A stretch of 64,000 nucleotides of DNA from Phoronis australis (lineage: Eukaryota; Animalia; Phoronida). The position numbers were made by a program, and so were the translations under genes. Shown here in pieces: positions 52,706 to 64,000 of the stretch. The notes below the pieces were generated by a model. The model saw only the letters and a list, made by a program, of their open reading frames with translations, was not told the origin of the DNA and did not search any database. The stretch is taken from NCBI GenBank assembly GCA_002633005.1, contig NMRA01000751.1:103666-167665 (forward strand), in the 5' to 3' direction. Within the stretch, counting starts at the first letter, position 1. Each line of letters opens with the position of its first letter.

Positions 52706-52796
52706 ATGGAGAAAACAGGCCCACTTGAATGAATCACGATATGCGGAATCTTTAGGTATACTCAAGGAGATGTTTGAATCTCAGTTAAAGGAATAG
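52706..52796 (+). CDS. LIN37: LIN37 terminal exon 7
   Basis: ttttcag|WRKQAHLNESRYAESLGILKEMFESQLKE*; summed CDS 245 aa; AATAAA at about 52862 and 52967. Confidence 0.93.
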
Positions 52797-53039
52797 TGGT
52801 TCTTTTGTATTTTGTTAGCACAGTAATTCTGGTCCGTGTATTTTGTTGAATTGAAAACAATAATAAACAATAATAATGTGTTTTAGATTACACAGTCTAT
52901 GTTGTTTCTGAGATGCATTTTGATAATGCTGAAATAGTGGATTCAACATCACCATCCTGAGCAATGAAATAAAAAAACACAAAAAAAAAAACACCACCAC
53001 ACTCAGCTGGTACATGAACAACGATTTTGGAAACTAAAC

Positions 53040-54060
53040 CGACATTATTTTGGACGCATTGTTTTTAATACAAGCTGATACGGGCCATTGTTCGGTGTCT
53101 TCGTTAAATGTTTTTAATGACTCACTCCTGACACCAACCAAAAGCAACAACGCAAGAAATCAACTTGTAATTGTATATCGTGCGAAATGTTTCTTCAGAC
53201 AGTTTATGACAAACCTAGATGTCAAGGATGTAAGAAGATCGAGCTCAGTGAAGTTTGACACATAGTCAAAACAATGTGGACCGGAGATCTCAAATAAGTC
53301 TGAATTAAGTCTACCAATGTTTTCCCATGGTACACAATTTCCACTGTATGATTGTATCAATGTGTCCTTTGGGTTTGAGGCTTTCATGGTCTGGCACTTT
53401 TCACAAGTGTCCGTGAGCTGTTTGATCTCACGGGGCATACTGACCCAGAAAATAAGTGTTCCGTACGTAACCGGTCAACCAAAAGTATACTGATTGAAGC
53501 CTTCCAGTCTGAACACCAACGCTAGAGTTTCCTTTTCGATTTGTGCCCACTTCCGCTCTAAATGGGTGAGAGAGCGAGAAGTGAATTCGAGTGGTTTACC
53601 ATGTTGCATGATCACAGTGCCCTTCTTAGCATGCTGTCGTAGCCTAAGTGTGCAGCATGTAGACGTTCCTTCATCTTTTGACGCAAAGCCTTCGGTATAA
53701 AAATACGTTCTCCCTTGAGGATAATGCCTATCTCCTGACTTAATGTGTCCCGTATGCCAAAGTATGGTTTTAATGCTTCTGAAAGACTTCTTGGTTTTGG
53801 GCCATCCTTCCTGGATTACCTCAAGTAAATCCTTCGCCTCAGAGTCAGTTTCCATTGCTCTCTGTATTTCGTCCAAACAGACATCAGGAATAACATGTAA
53901 TGGGTTTTCATAGTTAACGCTCGTAACATTAACCCGTTCCTCGTCGGGAAACACACGGCTCAAGGTGTCTGCAATAACTAGAGTTTTACCCTGCTTCTAT
54001 TCAAATGTGAAGTGGTTTCAGTACAGTCATTAGAACCTGCAAATGCTTGGGAGCTTGAGT
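53040..54060 (-). mobile_element. Ty3/Gypsy pol fragment (RNase H, connection, integrase), decayed
   Basis: SRSLTHLERKWAQIEKETLALVF (RNase H), GKTLVIADTLSR, IQEGWP, CEKCQ...PWENIG...KKHFARY (integrase). No LTRs seen. Confidence 0.88.
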
Positions 54061-54834
54061 TTTGAAATTTCTGTTCAACTAGTTTCAAGGTTGGGGGAAG
54101 TTCCTAAAATTACCTGAGGTCTTAATTGGGATCTGTTCTTTGGGCTAAAGCTGACAAAAATGAGCTCCCCTACATTTTGGAAATGCAATGTTTGATGAGA
54201 GTGTCTCCTTTCCAGCCGATCCTCTTATCCGGGTTGTAAACAACAACAATCAAGTTATGTACAATTATAAGCTAAGCTAAAACAAAACGAGTCAGTGGCT
54301 AGATTCTCATGTAGATACTAAATGCATCAAGGTATTTTTAAACATGCTAATAAAATGTCTACATTTCTGTGTGTAATTCGTGAACCGGCAAGAGATCCCA
54401 GCTGGCCATAGTAGCAGAGATCCCCGGGCAAATAATTGCGTCTGCACGGATTTGTAATGACCGTTTAAGAAATGCCTAGGTCACAGGTTTACATTGCTTT
54501 ATGTTACCAACATGAAACCTCGTTAGTGTTTAAAATTTCAAATTTTATTCTGCTTCAATAAGGCCACTGTGCATTTGTTTACACACCGTTCATCACCGAT
54601 ATGGCGGACCGTGTGTCTGGGTTGCAAGCAGTGTCGTGTCGCCTCCATATAGCTCATTGGTCATATCCATCCGAAAATAAATATCTTCAATCATGCTCTT
54701 CAAAGCAAGAACACTCCTGCCACCTGTCATAATAATTGTTCAAGGGGTTTGGGGGATCGGGAGACCAACAAAAATACAGACATGATAATAGTAGCAATGC
54801 CTCTAGGGTGTACTGCAAAATGGGTAAGATCTGT

Positions 54835-55610
54835 CTATAGCAAGGCAAGAGCTGCCATTTCCTTATATGCCAAATTGGGTGAACAGTCATCCAGATCCAG
54901 CAGTGGTAGACACAGAAGCATACACAGGAAGGCCTAGATTTTGGCCGTGTCTCAACATCTATCAAATTCCTTTATGAGTCTGGATGCTTGTCCATTTGAG
55001 GAAATTATGGTCGATGTTGACTTTGGGACGATTCCAACTATGATATTGCTTAACATTGTCTAGAACCTTTGTAAACGACCTCAACTCTAGGTCAAATATC
55101 AAAAAAGCTTTGGCAACCATTAAATACATATATTTTCCAAATGTAGAAAGAACGAGGATTCTAAAAATATGCTTGTTACTACTGTCTTTATTATTGTTGC
55201 GTGACCACGTTTTTATGTCAAATTTTCTTGTGCAAGAAAGGTACATTCATAGCAAAATAACCCCTAGTCGTTAAATGGGCTGGGGGGGGGGGGTATTTTG
55301 CTACAAATGTACCTTTCTTGCATATGAAAATTTGACTTACAAACGTGGTCACATGACAATAATAAAGACACAGTAGTATGAAGCATATAATCCTCAGCCT
55401 TTCAGAAAATAGAAACTATTAGTGGTTGACAAAACATAGTTTTAGTTTTTCTATGTTTGACTTACTGTTGGTGTTGTTTATTAAGGTCCTAGACAACCTC
55501 AATGGGATCTAGGTTCTGTTGTGTATACTTCTCAAGTCTACCAATGCTCGATCTGGATGACTGTTCACCCAATTTGGCATGTAAGGAAACTTCATCTCTT
55601 GCCTTGTTAT
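54835..55610. mobile_element. Foldback (long imperfect inverted repeat) element
   Basis: Arms pair around about 55275: ccaaattgggtgaacagtcatccagat / atctggatgactgttcacccaatttgg and gcaagaaaggtacatt / aatgtacctttcttgc. Confidence 0.75.
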
Positions 55611-56370
55611 AATTTTTACTTAGAGTCGAGGTCCTTTATTTAAGGTCCTAGACAACATTAAGCTACATCACAGTAGTTGGAATCATCCCAAAGTCATCAT
55701 CGACAATACTCTCCTCAAATGGACAAGGAACCAAATTTTATGAAGATCTATAAAGGAATTTGATAGATGTTGAGACACAACCAAAATGCCACTTGGGGGC
55801 GCCACAATAATTGTGACACTCCGAAAATCGATGTCTGCCGTGCTAATATCAATAGGTCCTGGAGCACATCTATGAAATTTCACAAAGTGTCCCACATCCA
55901 AAACAGATGCAAAATGAATGCAAATTACCAGAAGGGGGCGCAGATAGCGCTTCACATAATAGGCACCCCATGATTCCGCATATACATTAGGCCTACTGGA
56001 TATTGTAAAACAACATCTTTATTTTGATTAGAACTTAATCATTGTTAGTGCCGACAGGGTCATAGAAAAACCTATACTGACGTTAGGGGGGGTCCCGGTG
56101 CAGGAGACAGTGTGGCTTACAGGTTTGATCTCCAGACTCCCGTTTGGGAGACCCGGCTTCGAATCCTGGCTTCACTGGCTGACAATCGAGCATTGCACAA
56201 AGGCGTCTCCTACTCCTCTGAGCTCCGTCTTACTAGTGTATGTATGCAAGGGAGTGAATGAGAACCTGGATATAATGCGATAATGGATCACTGTGTGGCA
56301 GAACTCATGGTCGGAGCTGTTGTCAGTAGTCTATTGAACAATTGTAATTTCAAATATTTATTTTATCAGA

Positions 56371-56647
56371 TTACATATTAAAACTGTATTCAGATCCCAA
56401 TTTTGTTTGCAAATATTTCTTATTTTGAAATATTATGATTTTTGTCTTCTTGTGAATCTCGAATGGCGGAGCCTTCTTAATATCAAAAGTAATGCCATGG
56501 AAGGATGATATTTCTCCCACGATCACATGTGTATTGCCCCATCTCGCCTCTTCTGCCTGCTGGTTATCACCCACCCTTGCTATGGCATATTGCATAGAGT
56601 TCACCATACGTCTGGAGGTAGGTAACAGTGTTTCACTTTTGTCGTAC
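56371..56647 (-). CDS. ALG12: ALG12 terminal exon
   Basis: ttctcag|YDKSETLLPTSRRMVNSMQYAIAR...THVIVGEISSFHGITFDIKKAPPFEIHKKTKIIIFQNKKYLQTKLGSEYSFNM*; YDK, TH and PPF landmarks; AATAAA at 56357-56362 on the - strand. Confidence 0.88.
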
Positions 56648-57442
56648 CTGAGAAGAATTAAAATAATTTAAAAAATGGTTAATATAAAGCTATTTAATAA
56701 CTGTAAACTTAACTTCTGTCAAAAAATAACTGAACAGTAATCCAAATGTTTCTTAATCACACTAGAAGTGATTTCTGGACCCAGAGTCTAATCTCCAAAC
56801 TCACATTCATGCCACGTAATTCAATTACAAAACTCGTAAGTTCATTCAAAGCGTACCATTCAGGAAGTAAATTTTTGAGTCAAGAATCTAGTACAGCGAT
56901 TAGACGCGGGCTTGGGCATTTCTGAAGTACGAACCATTGGTTATTGCTTGAGACCGAGCTCAATGACTTGGCTTAACCCCGATGGTCATTTCATGCGAGT
57001 AAAAATGGTGCTGGGCGAGTAGAAGTTGACTTGCCGGTCGCCCAGGTGGCGAGCGAATTTGCAGAGCGCAAAAGCACTCTATCGTTTCCCAGATGAACAT
57101 GAATAAATTTTCTCCCCCTTGCGCTGTTTTTATCATAAATTTAAGGTTCGGTTTGGTCAGCGTGTCGATGCTCCGGCAGTGTATCGGTGCAGTGCGCTCC
57201 AACCGATTCAGCAGATGTCACTCGTTACGCGATTCGTCCAGACGAAAGATCACAGTGTGTGGTCAAGCACAAAGGAATTTGTGGACTAGTCCGAAACGAA
57301 GACAAAGGGGGGAAGGCAGAAGACTAGTCCATGAGCTCACAGCAAGCGAAATACCATATTTCTTGGAATTGATTTCTTATAGTAATGTACAATGTCATTT
57401 TAGCCAAAATTATTTTATAAATAATAACATTGAAAACACATT

Positions 57443-58470
57443 CCGTATTCACCCTAATAAGCGCCCATGCCCCTATAAGCGCCCGCCACGCGTTTTCTGA
57501 CTTCGCCCAGTCCATGAACATGTGCTAAAAATGCCTTATCTACAGTACTAAAATTCTACAGTAATGTCTTCAATTTAACAATAATATTCGATAGTCCTGA
57601 AAATCATTGTGTGCAGAATTTCTAGACCACGAGCCTGGCCGCTATGTCGGTATTTCGCCGTGACTGTACACTTCAAACTTCGGCAGTGCTTCAAAAAGGA
57701 CACAATAGTTGCTGATCTCGCTAGGAACGTGTCCCACTATGGTCAGGCCTTTCAGAACAGACGCAGCGTACTTGTCAATGGGATTGCATTGTACATGTAA
57801 AAACCCCGAATTTAAACTTGACCAGTGTTAAAGAGCACGTGGCCAAGAAGCGCGCGCTAGGGCCTACATATATGTGGGCCTGCTGGAAAATGAACTCTGA
57901 TGAGACGCACGCCCTCGCTCACTCGGCGCACACCTGTAGACTAACTTCAAAACAAACGTCACGTGACAACAACATGTGTGTTCATCCTGATTTTTCTTGT
58001 GTATTTCGAGGTGCTGCGATCTTTCTAGTGCAGATTTGGACTTAATCTGCATTTAATCCCAATTCCACAGGAAATTAAAAGTCTTAGGGACACTATTTGA
58101 AAAAATTAAGGAGGGTTTCACGTAATTTGTTGAGTTGAAATTGTATTTTTACTCAAGAATTCAAGTTGCCCTATCGATGATCGCGAGGCAGCGACTCATC
58201 AATTGTAAAGTTTTCGCCCTGGGATTTCAGCACAATTTTTAGAAAAAGATCATAATTTAACAATGAAGTTTGATAGCAATGCACCACAGTTTTGTGGAAA
58301 GTCTGTCATAGGTAACAGATACATCAAAGCGCATAGATTTGGTGAATCCTAGCTTCCAATATCACCCTTTTCGAAGACCGGGTTTCAACCGCTTTAGGCT
58401 ACAACAAGCGCCTGCCCTTTACGAAACGAATTTTTCTAAGCACCCTGGGCGCTTATTAGGACGAATATGG
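57443..58470. mobile_element. Tc1/pogo-type MITE of about 1.03 kb
   Basis: TIRs ccgtattcaccctaataagcgccc / gggcgcttattaggacgaatatgg followed by TA; an oppositely oriented partial copy starts at 51085 (ccgtattcacgctaataagcgccc) and runs to about 51560. Confidence 0.75.
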
Positions 58471-59459
58471 TAGCCCTAATAAATGGTGACATCAACGCAC
58501 GAAACGATGATTTTATTGACATTGGCAGCAAGTTTGTGGTGACAGACGCAAATGGCCGGGCAACTGAACTTTGAGCTGGGCGAGTAGATTTTCTGGCTTA
58601 CTCGCCCAGCAGGCGAGCGGGGTTTTGAAACCTAGTGGGTATATCCCTGAGCAGTTGTGCGAGTAAACACCAACAAATCCCTGAGCTTGGCATTTTAATA
58701 AATTGTCTTTTGAAAAGCTGTGAACCCACTTCAAATAAAAAAGCAATCTGGGAACCGACATAATTTCTTCAGTGAATACAGTTTAAAAAACAAACTCAAC
58801 TGAAAGTATCTCAACATTACATGAAGCATCTTGCAAACAAGTATATTGCTGTTACACACGTGTTGCTTGGTGCAGTCTGCTTGGGATTAGTGCGCTTGTG
58901 TTTTGCTTCGCTCTTTGTCTTATGTTTGCGGCACATGGTACTCGTGCCAGTTGAAATGTGTTGGAACAAGTAAGTGCAACTTACTGTTTGCTACTACAGG
59001 TACTTCCTATGTCAGTTTGTTTAGTTTCCTCCTGGTTGTGATTCAAAAGAGCATTTATGCTGTGGTTTGTTATGGAAGCTTGTTTGATTTGATTATTCAA
59101 CCAGTGGTGACTCTTATGTTTTGTCATGACGCAACTGAACCATGACTGGTGAATGGTCAAGCTCGAAGCAGTGAACTATCGGTGAAGCAGACAAGCTGTT
59201 GAGTTTTGGCACTGTGCAGGGCCCCATGAGACACTTGTGAAGTGTGATAATTTTTCGTGTCAGCAATCATTGTTATGAGTTTATGTGTGTTGCGTGTGTG
59301 TGTAGAATAATAAATGATTTATAGTAAACTTTAATCTGCTGTTGTGTTCTGAATAATCGTCTCCCACTAGACAAACTTGACAGGGTCCTAAATGAGCAAT
59401 GCTTTGCCCATAAACTTCTACAAAAGGTGGAACAATTGCATAGAAGACAATTTACTCAC

Positions 59460-59535
59460 ATCCACTTATCATTGTGTTGAAGGAACTGAGTTATTCCTGT
59501 CTGAGCGGCATAAGCATCTATGTGTACCCTGATGT
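59460..59535 (-). CDS. ALG12: ALG12 penultimate exon
   Basis: tttcag|(D)IRVHIDAYAAQTGITQFLQHNDKW(M)|gtgagt (HIDxxAAQTG motif). Confidence 0.93.
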
Positions 59536-60795
59536 CTGAAATATCAACAACTTTCATTAAACTTCCTTAGGGTTATGTCCAAACTAAGCTAAAACTTCGG
59601 AACACCAAATCTTAGAAATGACTGGATTCATATGTGGCATCCGGGTACTATTATGCCTTATTGTTTTTACAATTTTCCACTTTTGCACAAGGGGCTTTCA
59701 AAAATAACTTTTGAGATTTTCATGAAAAAACATAAACAAAATGATAATTAAGAAAACCATAAGAATTTTTGAGATTTCAATTGATCATTTATATCGAATA
59801 AGATTTTATCCTCTTTAGATATCGTTGTTTTGCTATCAATATAGCTTTCTTTTTTCTAAATTTTAATAAAAATGCAGGTCTTTTTTTCTAAATTTTACAT
59901 GGTCATGTGACCCAGTTAATGTCAGATTGATAAAATGTCAACAATAAATCCTTTTAAATCTTTCAACTTTCAGAAAATATAGACCTTTACCGAGTTAAAA
60001 TCTAATTTGTAGGTGTTTAACTAAACACAAACACACTTACCGATAACGTCCTACATAACCTTGAAGTGCACGTGACCAGGCCATCAAACAAAACATTTTA
60101 AAAACCAGAGCATCAAATATTATGACCACACAAATATTAGTTTGGAACAAAATGGGGAAGAAAACCAGCCAAAAAGGCCTTTCCCACTGCCTCCGAAACT
60201 TTAGAACACTTCGGTCTTTTACTGGAGTTAACAGCACTAGTAAACTCTGAAGTTAAGAAGTGGATTTGACAGTGAAGCATCAATGCTTTGGTATAATGAG
60301 AACCTTTAACTTCAATGCCATCGGATTTATCGGCAAGAGTCACTGAGTTTGCCAACAGCCGGCGGCAACTCATTAATATTTTTTCATATTTTGCTCCAAT
60401 ATTTGTTATTTTGGCATTATAGGCATTTTGTTTCAATTTGTCCATGTGTTTGCTGGTTTCTTTCCTTAAAAAACAAAAAATCACTGAACATTTGACAGTG
60501 CAAAATCCCTATTCGCAAAAGGTGAAGGTCATATTAGTGCCGGCTTGCGATAACTTCGCTGAACTGTACATCAGAAGTCGATGTGAACACTCGTGCTTAA
60601 CTTCTGGATTAATCACAGTTAACGTCGACTGTAGCGAAAGGGCCAAAATAATGGCTATGAACTGAGCTGACTTAAGAGACCACATAACTCGTTCCTCACA
60701 TGATGTCAACATTGGTCGAATGTAAATACATATGTTTGTCTTGCGTTACCTAATTCAAGTGATAGCAGTAAACACTGACTGAACCATCAACTCAC

Positions 60796-60965
60796 CAACT
60801 TCAGGTGGTTCTATTTGATGCATAAATGCTAAAGCTTTCGCTCCTGGATAATTATCATGGCTGATGTAAAGGAAAGCCGACGTCCCCATCATGTTGATCA
60901 GAATCTGCCAGAGGCAAGCAGCAGATAGTAGGAACCATAAAAATCCCTTGTGTCTGTTTTTAATC
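60796..60965 (-). CDS. ALG12: ALG12 internal exon
   Basis: tatag|IKNRHKGFLWFLLSAACLWQILINMMGTSAFLYISHDNYPGAKALAFMHQIEPPEV|gtgagt (SHxNYPG motif). Confidence 0.92.
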
Positions 60966-61980
60966 CTATAACAATTTGAACAAAGCATTCTCAAGTACGC
61001 AACATGCAGTAGTTGCCAACTGTGAAGATGGCACTGAGAGTAATCAAATGTACATCTACACCGGCTGCATTTGGTAAAACACTTTAAAGAAAAGGTGACT
61101 GTACATACGAGCATTCAAGTCCACCAGATTGTATTCAAATCATGCACTTTAAGTTAATTACTTTCATTGCTCATTGTCGCAAATGGGCGATAAGTCTACA
61201 TATTCAGAACAGCAGCAGACAGGTCGCCTCTTACAGTATCTAAGTGAGAGCCTCCACTCACATGCTATTAAACAGACAAGCACGTAACTTGCTCTTTGAT
61301 TTTACTCCAATGTTCCACATATAGTTGCGTGTCCCTAATAGAGTTATAGACAATAATTGACACAAGCAGACCTGAAGCTCCATTGAAACTTTTTTCACAA
61401 ATTTGTGAAATGGACATAAATCAGAAAAAATGGGAGAAAATACTTTTTGTGTGTGGCAGTACTAATCAAATCATGGTCTCGCACAGTTATATTTTGCCTC
61501 TCTAACAACAACGAATCAAATCTGACATCTTGTACTTTCAGGTTTTGACCAAATGACAGTAGTGACACGAATTGTGAACAATGTTTCAAGTGATTTTTTT
61601 AGTTCGCGAATTCACTATTTGGAAGAAAATGCAAATGGCATAGTGACAAGCAAATAGCAAACCATCAAATCCTCGAGTGAATAAGCTCTTTTGAAGGGCT
61701 TGATTTACGAGCATTTATATTCACCGTATTATTTCTGCAGATAAATGTTCTCACGCAATCGCGAGTTTGACGTGTGCAGTTTAATATTTAATGTGCAATT
61801 TGAGTGTGATAAGCATGACACTAAACTCTACACTTTCAATGTACCGACTTCCAACCCTGTTTAAGATATTAGTTCACATTTTAAATACACGCTAACAGGA
61901 TGACAAAAACTCAAAGTACAAAAAGTCAACTCTGCGTTAACTAGTAAAGCAAGATATACCTTACCATAACCATTACTTAC

Positions 61981-62207
61981 AGTCTATCACAGCCAACGGC
62001 TGCTGTCAAGTTAAACAAGGGAAGTGCATAAAATATGAATCGCAGTTCCTTGTGCGGGAGATTCGAGAAGAGCACAACAAAAATTAGGGCATATGTGACT
62101 AATCGACGGGCCTTCAAATCCAGATAGGCGCCGACTGGTATGAAGGCAACTGAAGTCATTAGCGCTCTTGGAATGGCGGAGTAAAAGTACCAGAGAAAGG
62201 GTGATGT
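61981..62207 (-). CDS. ALG12: ALG12 alpha-1,6-mannosyltransferase, internal exon
   Basis: gtcag|TSPFLWYFYSAIPRALM...LFSNLPHKELRFIFYALPLFNLTAAVGCDR(L)|gtaagt; GT22 family PHKELRFI motif. 5' exons lie beyond the window. Confidence 0.95.
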
Positions 62208-64000
62208 CTGACAGTCAGTTACGGAAATTGTGTTCATTTCTATAGGACACGCAATGCATTCATAGTCTACCTACTTAAAATCAACGTTTTTCATATGTTT
62301 TCAATAATAGATGCTAAAATTCAAGGCAATTCAAGCCAGAATTTTATTCAAGGACTACCCAAGGCCGTGCTCTAAATTCAAGGAATTATGTTCAATCTCC
62401 CAGCATCTCTAACCAATCATTTCAGTAACGGCCATTTAAAACCTATCAACTAGTTAAGTAGCAATTTCTGAGAGCACCTATGGGTGGTTTTACATCGACA
62501 GTCACAGATTTTCATGAAACTTTATTAGGACTTGGTTTACTATATACCTAAATATGCACTGTTTTTTCTGACACAAGCCTCGTTTTTGTTTTTATGCTGA
62601 TCTTGCACTTTAAACTCAGTAAAAAAAGCTGTCAAACTTGCAAGACTATTGAGACACCTCAAAAGTTAGGAATAACAGATATTTTTTTCTGTGAATGTAT
62701 CTGACCTTAAGATCCAGAAACATTTTTGATATTTTAGTATTTAAGTACTGGCTTTTCAAAAAATTGAGAATTTTTGCTCATTTTCAACTTGTTGATTTTG
62801 ACTATTTTCAATGAGAGTGAAGGATATAGCATGTGTGAATATGAAACCAGAGTGAATTGGCAGTATTGGGCAAGTAGTACATGCATAAAGTCAAAAGTTT
62901 GGTATTTTGCCCACTTAGTGGTTAACATGTACTTTTACTGAGTATACTGTGCACTTTTAGGCAACTCAGACACAATGATTACACAGCAGTTTTTTAAAAA
63001 GATGAACTACAAACATCACGATTTTTATGTTAATAGGATATGAAGGTCCTTTTTAATTTAGGACCATTGGAAGTCCTAGAAGGGGGGGGGGGCAAGCCAT
63101 TCCCCATTCTGTGAACTTTGGTGATTTTTCTGTGTAGTTTGGTGACAACATTCATTTCCAATTAGCAGTGATACGACCAACCAGTCTGCGAGCAAAGAAA
63201 CTGTAAACAAGATAATTCTGCACGGTAAACAGTGTTTCTAAGCCAATTAAAAACTTTTAAAAGTTACTGTTTGTAAATAAATTTCTATGCATGAAATCAA
63301 AAAAGACCAGACTTACGACATTTCTTATTGTCGCTTTTATTCTACATATTCAGTGGCGGATCTAGGATATCACAAGGGGGACCCAACATCTTGTCTGGCT
63401 GTAAGCATTTGCGCAAACTGAACCATGATTGTAGATGCGTACTAGGATATCACAAGGGGGGGGCTCAACATTTTGTCCGGCTGTAAGCATTTGCGCAAAC
63501 CGAACCACGATTGTAGATGCGCATAGCACCGAATGGGGGGAGGTCGGGAGGGGGGCAAACCCCCCTTCCGCTCAGGAAATTTTTCTGTTTTACCTCTAAA
63601 AATCAAGCATTTTCCTTGATTCCTGAAGTATTATCCAAGAAAAAAAGGAAAAGAAAAAAAAAGTCGGAGAGCGTGTCAAACAGGACAATCTGATTGTATC
63701 AAAGATTCGAACTCACGACCTGGAGCATAAAGAGCGCGTGCGTTACCACTACACCACAACGACTTACCTACTAATGTTATACTAAAAGACCTACTTGTTT
63801 ATGGTCCACAGCGTTTGCGCGCGAAACCTACTTCTTTTCGTAATGCTATACGTGTTATATTTTGTGCCACCAATGCTTAACAAATTTGTTGTATTTAAAA
63901 TAGTCTTCAAATGCCCAAAAGACTAAATCCGTTTTTCGTGTTGGCGATAATGACGGGATTGCTTTGGAAATTGTCTTAAGATAAGGTTTGACAAAGAGAG

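Overview
AT-rich eukaryotic (invertebrate animal, probably bilaterian) genomic DNA with spliceosomal introns; no prokaryotic features. Four conserved genes were reconstructed by hand from splice sites and reading-frame phase: (1) the last three coding exons of a Raf kinase (BRAF-like, + strand, ending at 5850); (2) a complete HDAC11 (- strand, 44161 to 18666, or to 15495 with a probable extra Ser/Thr-rich terminal exon), including a GC-AG intron; (3) a complete LIN37, the MuvB/DREAM subunit (+ strand, 44452-52796), head-to-head with HDAC11 across about 290 bp; (4) the last four coding exons of ALG12 (- strand, 62207-56371). Introns and intergenic DNA are filled with transposable elements: a young 5'-truncated Penelope-like element (RT + GIY-YIG, inverted terminal repeat, hammerhead-like motif), a full-length decayed mariner, an internally deleted LINE with a 13-bp TSD, a scrambled Gypsy pol fragment, Helentron/HINE-like elements rich in CTCF-like motifs, MITEs/foldbacks and tRNA-derived SINEs. 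The most unusual structure is a 60/63-bp tandem array that amplifies the LIN37 exon-2 splice donor, each unit reading as acceptor + 9 nt + donor. I found no clear evidence of a novel multi-gene system. Protein identifications rest on my recollection of the human orthologues, not on database searches.
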